A stretch of 63,964 bases of DNA, counting the filler, from Deltaproteobacteria bacterium (GTDB taxonomy: Bacteria > JACQOV01): NCBI GenBank assembly GCA_016202395.1. It is 5 parts of 5 records of this genome, joined end to end, with 100 filler letters (N's around TTAATTAATTAA, not from the genome) between each part and the next. Parts side by side here need not be neighbours in the genome. Positions count along the whole stretch, not along the records: positions 1 to 10,621 come from JACQOV010000107.1; 4 more parts are not named here. One strand, given 5' to 3'. The translations under genes and the position numbers were made by a program. Under the pieces are notes generated by a model that searched no databases, was not told where the DNA came from, and saw only the letters and a list, made by a program, of their open reading frames with translations. Each line of letters begins with the position of its first letter. Position 1 is the first letter of the stretch. This document shows, in pieces, positions 1 to 7,994 of the stretch.

Positions 1-11
1 AGCCTACAGTG

Positions 12-133
12 GCCAGCCCGCATTGCTGCGCAAAGCGCTGCTGGCGGGCTAGGCGAGAAATGCTAGCGAGTTCAGAGACCTACCTCCCTTGAGAGAGAGT
101 CAAAATCTCGTGTGTGAGCGAAAAACATTCCAG
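12..133 (-). mobile_element. Nested MITE/REP-like element, family A, copy 1 (truncated by window start)
   Basis: Reverse complement shares ctggaatgtttt...gggaggtaggtctctgaactcgctagcatttctcgcctagc with 10451, 28685 and 40196. Confidence 0.8.
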
Positions 134-176
134 TCCATGAGGGAATACCTTACTTGGTGACAGAGATGGAATCGAT

Positions 177-1541
177 ATGATACGCTTGGTTGATATGAAG
201 ACTTTGCCAAAAATGAGCCCGGAGACCCAGGGGCGGATTGAGGAATTAGCTCGCCTCGCCCAAGAGAGTGACGCCTCCTGTTTCCTTGTGGGAGGAATGC
301 TGCGGGACTGGGTATTGGGAAAGGATCCCAAGGATATCGATATCCTAGTGATGCCTCCAAAGTCTCCCATAGAATTTGCCGAAACCCTCCATCAAAAAGG
401 GGGTTATCGTTTTCCGACTCTGTTTCCCACTTTTGGCACTCTTCGAACGGGCAAGGAAGAGTTTGAGGTAGAGATTGTCCCTCCGAGAGGAACCACTCTC
501 ATCGAAGATCTTAAGCTCAGAGACTTTACGATCAACACCCTTGTTTTTCCTTTGACACTTCCACTCGCTAGTGAGATCTCCGATCCATTGGAGATGGCCT
601 TCAAAGATATCCAGGCAAAGAGAATCCGCACCTCCATCGACCCCGTCCCCATCCTGCGAGACGATCCGCTAAGGGCTTTAAGAGCCATTCGCCTCGCCAC
701 AACATTGGGTTTTGAAATCGAGGAGGCATTGCAGAAAGCGATCCGAGAACATAGAGAATGGACGCGCGAAGTCGCCTCAGAGCGGATCCAAGAGGAACTC
801 GCCAAAATTCTTGTCTCGCAAAATCCGTCCCGAGGATTGCGGCTCATGGGCGAGCTGGGCCTCCTAGAAGTCCTTTTTCCAGAAATCCAGGTGATGGTTG
901 GAAAAGAACAAAAGTCCCCTTATCACCATCAAGATGTTTTTGAACATTCGCTAACCGTCTTAGAAAAAAGCCCTCCCGACTTGTCGGTGCGCCTTGCCGC
1001 CTTGCTTCACGATCAAGGGAAAGTTTACGCGGAGCGGAAAGAGGGGGATCGATGGGTCTACTGGGGGCATGAATTCATCAGCGAAAAAAATGCTCGCGCC
1101 CTCTTAGAGCGTCTTTGCTTCCCTCATAAAATACGGGATGAGGCTCTGTTTTTGATCAAGCATCACATGGTCCCTTACGCCGAGGATTGGGGGGATAGCG
1201 CGGTGCGACGTTTTGCCCATCGCGCCGGCCCTTATTTGCAAAAACTTCTCCAGCTTCTCAAAGCGGATACCGGAGCCCTTCGGCCCGAACATGCGTGTCC
1301 CGAGAAGTACGACCAACTTTTTGAGCGAATCCATGGTCTACACTCCGAAGAGATTCATCGAATCCAACTGCCTCTGGATGGAAAAGAGATTATGGAGCTT
1401 TTGAATTTAAGACCGGGACCCCAGGTCGGAGAGGCCAAGCAACTTTTACTCGACGCGATTCTCGATGGAAAACTCTCTCCAGAGGACAAAGAGGGGGCTC
1501 AGAATTATCTCAAGGGAACCTTAAGAGCTGGGAAAGGTTAA
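177..1541 (+). CDS. cca: CCA tRNA nucleotidyltransferase / poly(A) polymerase family with HD domain
   Basis: VGGMLRD..DIDI, RDFTIN, DDPLRALRAIR, ERIQEEL and ALLHD motifs; start may be 195. Confidence 0.88.
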   Translation: MIRLVDMKTLPKMSPETQGRIEELARLAQESDASCFLVGGMLRDWVLGKDPKDIDILVMPPKSPIEFAETLHQKGGYRFPTLFPTFGTLRTGKEEFEVEIVPPRGTTLIEDLKLRDFTINTLVFPLTLPLASEISDPLEMAFKDIQAKRIRTSIDPVPILRDDPLRALRAIRLATTLGFEIEEALQKAIREHREWTREVASERIQEELAKILVSQNPSRGLRLMGELGLLEVLFPEIQVMVGKEQKSPYHHQDVFEHSLTVLEKSPPDLSVRLAALLHDQGKVYAERKEGDRWVYWGHEFISEKNARALLERLCFPHKIRDEALFLIKHHMVPYAEDWGDSAVRRFAHRAGPYLQKLLQLLKADTGALRPEHACPEKYDQLFERIHGLHSEEIHRIQLPLDGKEIMELLNLRPGPQVGEAKQLLLDAILDGKLSPEDKEGAQNYLKGTLRAGKG

Positions 1542-4103
1542 AATAAACTTTGTCCCCTGATTTTCTTCGCTCTCTATCTCAATCTTTCCTTTGTGTCGCT
1601 CGATGACTTGGTAAGCGATGCTTAACCCTAAACCCAAACCCTTCCCCACCGGTTTTGTTGTGAAAAACGGGTCGAAAATTCTCCTCAAATTTTCCTTAGC
1701 GATACCGGTGCCGGTGTCCTCAATAGAGACCTTCACTTTTCCATCACTCATCCAAGTTTGGACACGAACGGTCCCTCTCTTGGGAATCGCCTGAAAAGCA
1801 TTCATTAAGATATTCATAAAAACCTGATTGAGTTCCGCAAAGGAGCCTAGAATGGATTTCACTTCGCCATAATTTTTCTCAAGGCTTACACGGTCTTTGA
1901 ATTGAGATTGAATCAGTTGGAGCGTGGTTTCTAAACAACGGTGGATATCGACGAGCTCTCCCCCCTCTTTCCCTCGATAGGAAAACTCCCGAAGATTCCG
2001 CACCACCAAATGAATGGCCTCATAACATTGCCGAATTTCCCCTAAAACTTCGTCCATCTCGGATAAAGTCGCTGGATCGAGCCTGTCTTTAGTTTTTTCA
2101 AAACTCTCTCGAACCTCCTTCATCCGATAAAGCCCCAACGAAATGATATTCAAAGGGTTGTTGACCTCATGAGCGATGCCTGCCACCAAGGTCCCAAGGG
2201 AGGCCATCTTCTCGGCCTGGATCAGCATGCGAGTTTGCTCTTCAACCTTTTTTTCAAGGGTGTGGCTATACTCCTCCAGCTTCGCTTGGGCTTGAGCCAG
2301 CTCCACATTCTTATCCACAATTTCTTTGGTTCGTTCTCGAACACGCTGATCGAGAACCTCCGTCATTCTTTTGAGTTGTTCGTAACTCTCCGCATTCTCC
2401 AGAGCCACGGCGACATTATTTGCAAGGGTCCTTAACAACTTGATGTCTTCAGAAGTAAAAGGTTCCCGTCGGATTTTTCCTCCTAAAACAAGAACTCCCA
2501 CAAGGCGTTCATGAAACAGGATGGGGAAAAAGACCTCTCCCCGTAGGAACCGAAGCTCCGCTAAAACAATATCACGGACCTCTTTGAATCGGCTGCTGTG
2601 CTCAATTTCAAAGGCCATGAGCCCCCGTTTTTCTCTTTTCAACAGAGCCACCATCGGATGCTCTGGGCCCATCTTCACCAAAATCGGTTCCTCTTGCGAT
2701 GCCCGAGATTCTACTCCCCATAACATGTAGTTTTCATGAACCTTGCGCCAGAGAAACATCTTAGCCCCTTCCAGTTCCATCGATTCAACGACATTCCGAA
2801 CTAGAAGATCGGCAATCTTATTCTGATCCAAAATGCCGATGAGCGCTTGACTTAAATTTTCGATGGCCTCCTGATAACGAACCGTTCTTCTAAAGATCGA
2901 TCGCTGAAGCATGCCGCGGGTCCACAGATAAACTCGATGGATGATTAACAAGGTGATAAAAAGGACCCAGAATAGAAGATAGGGCCTCTCCGGAGGAGCC
3001 TCCACTCCCAACCACAAAACAGCAACATACCAAACCATTGCGGCCAGCAACGCCACAAACAGCGTTAAAAGTCCGGAGATCAATGCCCGTTTGATATAGA
3101 TATCCATATTGAAGAGATCGTGCCGCAAAATGGCGTAAGCGATGGAGAGAGGAAAAAAAACAACGGGGATGAGTGTAACGTTTCGTGAAATGTTAAGAAT
3201 GCCCAGGATATTCAAAAGCCCCATGGCGGCCGGAACGCCGAACGCAATTAAGGATCCCATCAAAACGACCTTGGCCCGAAGCCGATCAACGGTAGAAAGC
3301 GACTCGCGATAAAATAGAATGGCCGTTAAGACAAAGACCCCTCCCGCCAAAACCATGAGCGCCAGCGTAAACTGTTCCACAAGAATCCAAAAATCTCGGG
3401 CATCGTAAAAGAACGCCTGCAAAATCAAAATGAGGAACAAGGAGAGAACATAAGGATACCATTGAGAGGTTGGAAAACGCTCCAAAAATTTTCGACGCGA
3501 GGGGAAGTGCAGACTTAATTGAATAAGAGCCGCGGGAACCAGAGGGAATAAACAAAGATAAAGGCGCACGAAGCGATGCGTGGAGCTCATGTCAAAGGTA
3601 AGGATGACAACCATTGCGCAAAGCATACAGAACAGGAACAGAGAATCCGAGGCATCGCTTTTGGCCCTTGTGAACCAACAGAGGATTCCACAAGAAAAGA
3701 ATATTAGCGCAATGATTAAAGGGATGGCAAACAAAAGAAAAAATTCATCGATCTCAAAAAGAGAAACCATTGAGGAAGCAGTCACGACAGGACCGGAGTA
3801 TTCGAGGGTATATCGGAGTTCCTCTCCTAGCAAGGCGTCCGTAGTCTGATTCTGAAGATCCTCATAGCTTCGGATGTCGGAATCCTGCACCGCTACCACC
3901 TTGTAGGGATAGCGAAGATCGGCTTGAGCGGCCGTTAAATTATAAGGGGATACGACTAAATTTTTGTAAGTTAGAAAACCGGGGAATTGATGCCCAATCC
4001 ATTGATTGGCATCGTAAAAAGCAATGACCCCCAACACCAAAAATAAGAGAATTAAAAAAAGATTGCCCCACGAGGTTTGAATTTTTATTTTCGGAAGTTG
4101 CAT
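1521..4103 (-). CDS. Membrane sensor histidine kinase (periplasmic region, multi-TM, GAF, HisKA, HATPase)
   Basis: Many TM helices; GAF-like FTSEDIKLLRTLANNVAVALEN; H-box AHEVNNPL; ELNQVFMN, DTGTGI, FDPFFTTK, GLGLGL. Confidence 0.92.
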   Translation of the reverse strand: MQLPKIKIQTSWGNLFLILLFLVLGVIAFYDANQWIGHQFPGFLTYKNLVVSPYNLTAAQADLRYPYKVVAVQDSDIRSYEDLQNQTTDALLGEELRYTLEYSGPVVTASSMVSLFEIDEFFLLFAIPLIIALIFFSCGILCWFTRAKSDASDSLFLFCMLCAMVVILTFDMSSTHRFVRLYLCLFPLVPAALIQLSLHFPSRRKFLERFPTSQWYPYVLSLFLILILQAFFYDARDFWILVEQFTLALMVLAGGVFVLTAILFYRESLSTVDRLRAKVVLMGSLIAFGVPAAMGLLNILGILNISRNVTLIPVVFFPLSIAYAILRHDLFNMDIYIKRALISGLLTLFVALLAAMVWYVAVLWLGVEAPPERPYLLFWVLFITLLIIHRVYLWTRGMLQRSIFRRTVRYQEAIENLSQALIGILDQNKIADLLVRNVVESMELEGAKMFLWRKVHENYMLWGVESRASQEEPILVKMGPEHPMVALLKREKRGLMAFEIEHSSRFKEVRDIVLAELRFLRGEVFFPILFHERLVGVLVLGGKIRREPFTSEDIKLLRTLANNVAVALENAESYEQLKRMTEVLDQRVRERTKEIVDKNVELAQAQAKLEEYSHTLEKKVEEQTRMLIQAEKMASLGTLVAGIAHEVNNPLNIISLGLYRMKEVRESFEKTKDRLDPATLSEMDEVLGEIRQCYEAIHLVVRNLREFSYRGKEGGELVDIHRCLETTLQLIQSQFKDRVSLEKNYGEVKSILGSFAELNQVFMNILMNAFQAIPKRGTVRVQTWMSDGKVKVSIEDTGTGIAKENLRRIFDPFFTTKPVGKGLGLGLSIAYQVIERHKGKIEIESEENQGTKFILTFPSS

Positions 4104-4142
4104 ACGGGGCTTATTGTGCCACGCGAAATCGAAATAATCCAG

Positions 4143-5498
4143 CTACCCCTCAATGCCGAGTTTCCGCATTAAACGGTGGAGGGTCATTCGACTCACCCCT
4201 AACCGTTTTGCGCTAATTCCTTTATCTCCATTGTGTTTCTCGATCGTATTTAAGATGTATTCTTTGGTATGATAATCAACACACTCCACGATCGTTCGAT
4301 AAGGCAAGCGATCCTTATTCTTCTCAGGAGTGGCAGGACGCAGAGCGGAAAGATCCTCAACGCCTAAAATCCCATCTTGGTCGAGAACAACGCTTCGTTC
4401 GATCACATTCTTAAGCTCTCGTATATTTCCAGGCCAAGGGTAACGAATCAAGGAAGCCTCTGCCTCCGGAGTAATCGTATCGATGGACTTCCCCAAAATC
4501 TGGCCGTAACGATGCAGAAAATGCTCCGTCAGGGGAACAATATCGGTGGTCCTATCTCTTAGAGGAGGGATGAGGACCGGCAATACATTGAGACGATAGT
4601 ACAGATCGGACCGGATTTTTCCTTCTTTGACCAATTGATCCAAATTGCGGTGGGTTGCCGCAATCACCCGAACATTGGCCTTAATCGGTTTTACTCCTCC
4701 CACTCGCTCGAATTCCTTTTCTTGGAGAAATCGAAGCAATCGTAATTGGAAGGCCTCGTTCACCTCTCCGATCTCATCTAAAAAGAGGGTGCCTCCCGCC
4801 GCTATCTCGAAGCGCCCCTTTTTCCTTTCATGAGCCCCTGTAAAAGCCCCTCTCTCATGACCGAAGAGCTCGCTTTCAAGAAGGCTCGGAGAAAGGGCCA
4901 CGCAATTGACCACCACAAAAGGGTTGCGGCTGCGAGCGCTCAAGTAGTGAATGGTTCGAGCCATCAACTCTTTCCCGGTCCCCGTCTCTCCCAAGACTAA
5001 CACCGTTCCATCACTTTTAGCGATCTGGGAAGAGAGATTGATGACGTCTTTGAACGGTCGAGAACGTCCCACCAATTCTCCGATTCCACTGATCCGTTCG
5101 ATCTCGCTCTTTAAAAACTCATTTTCCACCACAAGCTGGCGCAGCTGCAACGATCTTTCAACCGATTTCCGAAGCCGGGAAGATTCAATCGGCTTCGAGA
5201 GAAAATCCTCAGCTCCAAGACGCATCGCCTCTACCGCAACATCAATGGAGCCGTAAGCTGTCATCACAAGGATCGGAATATGAGGAGCGCGAGAACGCAG
5301 GTCTCTGACAAGATCCAGTCCAGAAATGTGAGGCATGATCAGATCGGTCAAAACAAGGTCCACTTCGTGTTCCTGAATCGTGCGAAGGGCCTCTTCCCCA
5401 CTGCCTACCCAAAGGCAATCCAGATCGGTCCCTTCGACCGCATGACGAACCGCTTTACCGACTCGTTCTTCATCATCGATGACCAACACACGAGGCAT
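4143..5498 (-). CDS. Sigma54-dependent response regulator (REC-AAA+-Fis HTH, NtrC/AtoC family)
   Basis: REC domain, GETGTGKE, GAFTGA, FLDEIGE, WPGNIREL, C-terminal HTH; ATG at 5498 follows AAGGAGG. Confidence 0.95.
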   Translation of the reverse strand: MPRVLVIDDEERVGKAVRHAVEGTDLDCLWVGSGEEALRTIQEHEVDLVLTDLIMPHISGLDLVRDLRSRAPHIPILVMTAYGSIDVAVEAMRLGAEDFLSKPIESSRLRKSVERSLQLRQLVVENEFLKSEIERISGIGELVGRSRPFKDVINLSSQIAKSDGTVLVLGETGTGKELMARTIHYLSARSRNPFVVVNCVALSPSLLESELFGHERGAFTGAHERKKGRFEIAAGGTLFLDEIGEVNEAFQLRLLRFLQEKEFERVGGVKPIKANVRVIAATHRNLDQLVKEGKIRSDLYYRLNVLPVLIPPLRDRTTDIVPLTEHFLHRYGQILGKSIDTITPEAEASLIRYPWPGNIRELKNVIERSVVLDQDGILGVEDLSALRPATPEKNKDRLPYRTIVECVDYHTKEYILNTIEKHNGDKGISAKRLGVSRMTLHRLMRKLGIEG

Positions 5499-5673
5499 TT
5501 TCACCTCCTTTGGGGTGTATCACCATACCGAATGCAATTCGCCCGGCTCTTTCATCAAAACCGCATCGATAGCAACGATGTTCCTCATTCCAAAAATACG
5601 ACCGAAAACAAAGAGGGCAAACCCATTTCGAAAGGGTTAAGGGGATATCGTACTTGCCGTGATAATTTAGCAT
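5473..5673 (-). CDS. Small putative zinc-ribbon protein (66 aa)
   Basis: CPLC-x11-CYRC; AAGGAG RBS before ATG 5673; directly downstream of the sigma54 promoter. Confidence 0.6.
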   Translation of the reverse strand: MLNYHGKYDIPLTLSKWVCPLCFRSYFWNEEHRCYRCGFDERAGRIAFGMVIHPKGGENASCVGHR

Positions 5674-5702
5674 AGGAGCTCCTTTCTTTAAGAGGATTCC
5701 TA

Positions 5703-5718
5703 TGCAAACATCGTGCCA
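5703..5718 (-). promoter_or_regulatory. Sigma54 (-24/-12) promoter
   Basis: Minus strand reads TGGCACGATGTTTGCA, matching TGGCACG-N4-TTGCW. Confidence 0.85.
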
Positions 5719-5758
5719 AAACACCCCCTAATCCGATAAAAAATAGATTCCTATTTAA

Positions 5759-5771
5759 AATCAATGATTTA
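5759..5771 (+). promoter_or_regulatory. IHF binding site
   Basis: AATCAATGATTTA fits WATCAANNNNTTR; lies between promoter and putative enhancer. Confidence 0.65.
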
Positions 5772-5824
5772 CGATAAAACTTCCCTCTAACACAGGTTGA
5801 GAGGATACCACAACGGATCGGTTT

Positions 5825-5866
5825 TTGTAACAGATCTGTTACAAGTTTGTAACAGATCTGTTACAA
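5825..5866. promoter_or_regulatory. Tandem perfect palindromes, probable enhancer (UAS) for a sigma54 activator
   Basis: TTGTAACAGATCTGTTACAA at 5825-5844 and 5847-5866, 22-nt period, about 110-150 nt upstream of the -24 box. Confidence 0.7.
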
Positions 5867-5906
5867 AAAAAGGATAGACCTGATCCCTTGCCCCCTCAAA
5901 AGGTCC

Positions 5907-6914
5907 TTGACAGGGGGCCCCCTCTCCTTTAGCATCCCTCTCATGATGATTGGGGTTTTGACCAATGTCCACTCTCGCCAAAACAAGAAGGGGCGTTATA
6001 ACCGCTATGTTCTCAAGGAAGCGCTCGGAAAAGGCGGCCTCATTCGAGAAACGGAATCCCTAGAGGAGATCCCCCGGGTTTTAGAGGAGTTCAAGAAAAA
6101 GAAGGTGCAGGTGATCGGCGTGAATGGAGGGGATGGGACCCTCAGCGCCGCTTTAACCTTGCTGTTCCGATACTACCCCAAATCGGAGCCGCTCCCTAAA
6201 ATCCTCCACATGCGCGGGGGAACGATGAATCTCGCCTCCAATAACATCGAGATGTATGGAACTCCCCTGATCGTGGCGCGCCGACTCCGACAAAAGTTGA
6301 ACGAGGTGCATCACGATTTCGCCCAGCTCGAAACCACCTCCTTCTGGACACTCAAGATTATGGCGTCGTTTCTCCAACATCCTTTGTACGGTTTCTGTTT
6401 CGGAAATGGGATTATCTACAAGGTCATCCAGCAGTTCTACCAGATGGGAGGAGGCTCCCCTGCCAAGGGACTTCGACTTCTGTCGACGATCATCGGAGGA
6501 TCGATGCTCCAGCTTCAAGACACTCTAGCTCTGTGGGAGAAAACGCCTGGGGCCGTCATCGTAGAGGGACAAACATTACCGATGAAGGAACACCTTTTTC
6601 TCTTGGCAAGCACTTACTCTCAACTCGTTTTGGGATTCGCCCCCTTTATTCACGGAGATCGCAACACCGATGATTTCAATTTCATCGCCTTTAATGTTGG
6701 GCCGGGAGAAACCATGAGAAATCTCCCCACATGGATGCGAGGGATCGGCGTTGCGGATCAACTCCCTCGAGACGACCTTTTTAACGATCGAGTTCGGGAG
6801 GTCCTTATGGAAACACGCGGGGGATTTACGATCGACGGAGAGACATGGGCTTCTGAGAAACCTTACGAGCTCCGTCTTGCTTTGGGGCGGCAAGTCTCCT
6901 TTATTAAGCTATGA
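5907..6914 (+). CDS. Diacylglycerol/sphingosine/ceramide kinase family protein
   Basis: GGDGT and GGTMN motifs, C-terminal IDGE; true start probably near 5943-5946. Confidence 0.85.
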   Translation: MTGGPLSFSIPLMMIGVLTNVHSRQNKKGRYNRYVLKEALGKGGLIRETESLEEIPRVLEEFKKKKVQVIGVNGGDGTLSAALTLLFRYYPKSEPLPKILHMRGGTMNLASNNIEMYGTPLIVARRLRQKLNEVHHDFAQLETTSFWTLKIMASFLQHPLYGFCFGNGIIYKVIQQFYQMGGGSPAKGLRLLSTIIGGSMLQLQDTLALWEKTPGAVIVEGQTLPMKEHLFLLASTYSQLVLGFAPFIHGDRNTDDFNFIAFNVGPGETMRNLPTWMRGIGVADQLPRDDLFNDRVREVLMETRGGFTIDGETWASEKPYELRLALGRQVSFIKL

Positions 6915-6942
6915 ACTGTTATTGTGTCCCACAAATAAAGGA

Positions 6943-7061
6943 GTGTCCCAGAAATACCCTTCAGGCGCGAAGCCGCGAGGAGAGCGCCGCAGACGTACTG
7001 AAGTAGTACGTCGAGGACGCTCGACGAGCGGCGACAAAGCATGAAGGTATTTATGGGACAC
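6943..7061. mobile_element. MITE-like element (family B hairpin core)
   Basis: Imperfect ~20-nt TIR gtgtcccagaaatacccttca / tgaaggtatttatgggacac around gacgtac-tgaagta-gtacgtcgagga. Confidence 0.7.
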
Positions 7062-7067
7062 GACACG

Positions 7068-7994
7068 ATGGAAGAGATTCTTCGGAAGAGATGGCACCAA
7101 GTCGATCCGCAGTTCCAACCCCTCAAGGAATTTCTGCTCCAACGATTCAAAACGGGGATTGACGCTATCCTTCTCTATGGCTCCTGTTTAAGCCCGACTT
7201 TGCGCACCGAAACCAGTTTTCCCGATTTCTATTTTATCGTGGATGAATACTCCCATTTTCATTCAAAGCTAACGCAAGCTTGTCTAAACCGATGGCTTCC
7301 CCCCAACATTTATGGCCTCCAAATCCCTCCTCCTTTTTTTCGCGCCAAGTACTGTGTGATTCGCTGGAAGGATCTACTTCGTGAAACCTGTGAAGAGGCC
7401 CGAGATACCTACCATATCGGCCGCTTCAGCAAAAGGATGGCTATTTTGTACACCCGATCTTCGGCGCTCGAAAGCTCTTTAATTCAAGCCGCCGCGGGAG
7501 CGGTCCAATCGGTCGTTCACTGGACCGTTCCTCGAATGCCAGAGACTTTTACCTTGGAGGAGTTGATTCTCTCCGCCCTTCGTTTCAGCTACGAGGGGGA
7601 GATCCGTCTTGAAAAACAGGACAAAGCCCGTCATCTCGTCGATGCGCAGCGAGATTATTACTTAAAGATCTATCGAGAGGCGCTCCATCGAGAGCTTTTG
7701 AATCGAGGCTCTTCATTGCCAAAAGACAATCTTTACCAAAATCCTTATCGGGGAGAAGAAAGGAAAAAAGAGATCGTTCGAATTCAACGTTTTCTTCGAA
7801 AAAGTCGAAGGCGGCATGTAGCGCGCTGGCCGAAATATATCTTTAGCCAAAAGAACTATGTCGATATTTTAGTCGAGAAGATCGAGCGAACCCATCACAT
7901 TCACATCGAGCTTAAAGAACGGGAGAGGCGTTACCCTTTTATTTTTGGGTGGAAATACCTTTTTATGCTTTTACGGAAAGGCCTGATTCGCTAA
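7068..7994 (+). CDS. Tam41/Mmp37-like nucleotidyltransferase (putative lipid-phosphate cytidylyltransferase)
   Basis: LLYGSCL...PDFYFIVD motif; AKYCVI..DL...YHIGRFSK resembles the Tam41 KYGVI..DL...YLAGRLQK block; ATGs at 7041/7053 lie inside the MITE TIR. Confidence 0.65.
   Translation: MEEILRKRWHQVDPQFQPLKEFLLQRFKTGIDAILLYGSCLSPTLRTETSFPDFYFIVDEYSHFHSKLTQACLNRWLPPNIYGLQIPPPFFRAKYCVIRWKDLLRETCEEARDTYHIGRFSKRMAILYTRSSALESSLIQAAAGAVQSVVHWTVPRMPETFTLEELILSALRFSYEGEIRLEKQDKARHLVDAQRDYYLKIYREALHRELLNRGSSLPKDNLYQNPYRGEERKKEIVRIQRFLRKSRRRHVARWPKYIFSQKNYVDILVEKIERTHHIHIELKERERRYPFIFGWKYLFMLLRKGLIR

Noticed and set aside
5825-5866. Tandem palindromes or family A repeats as a CRISPR array
   Set aside because: No regular spacers and no cas genes; the repeats are adjacent or dispersed
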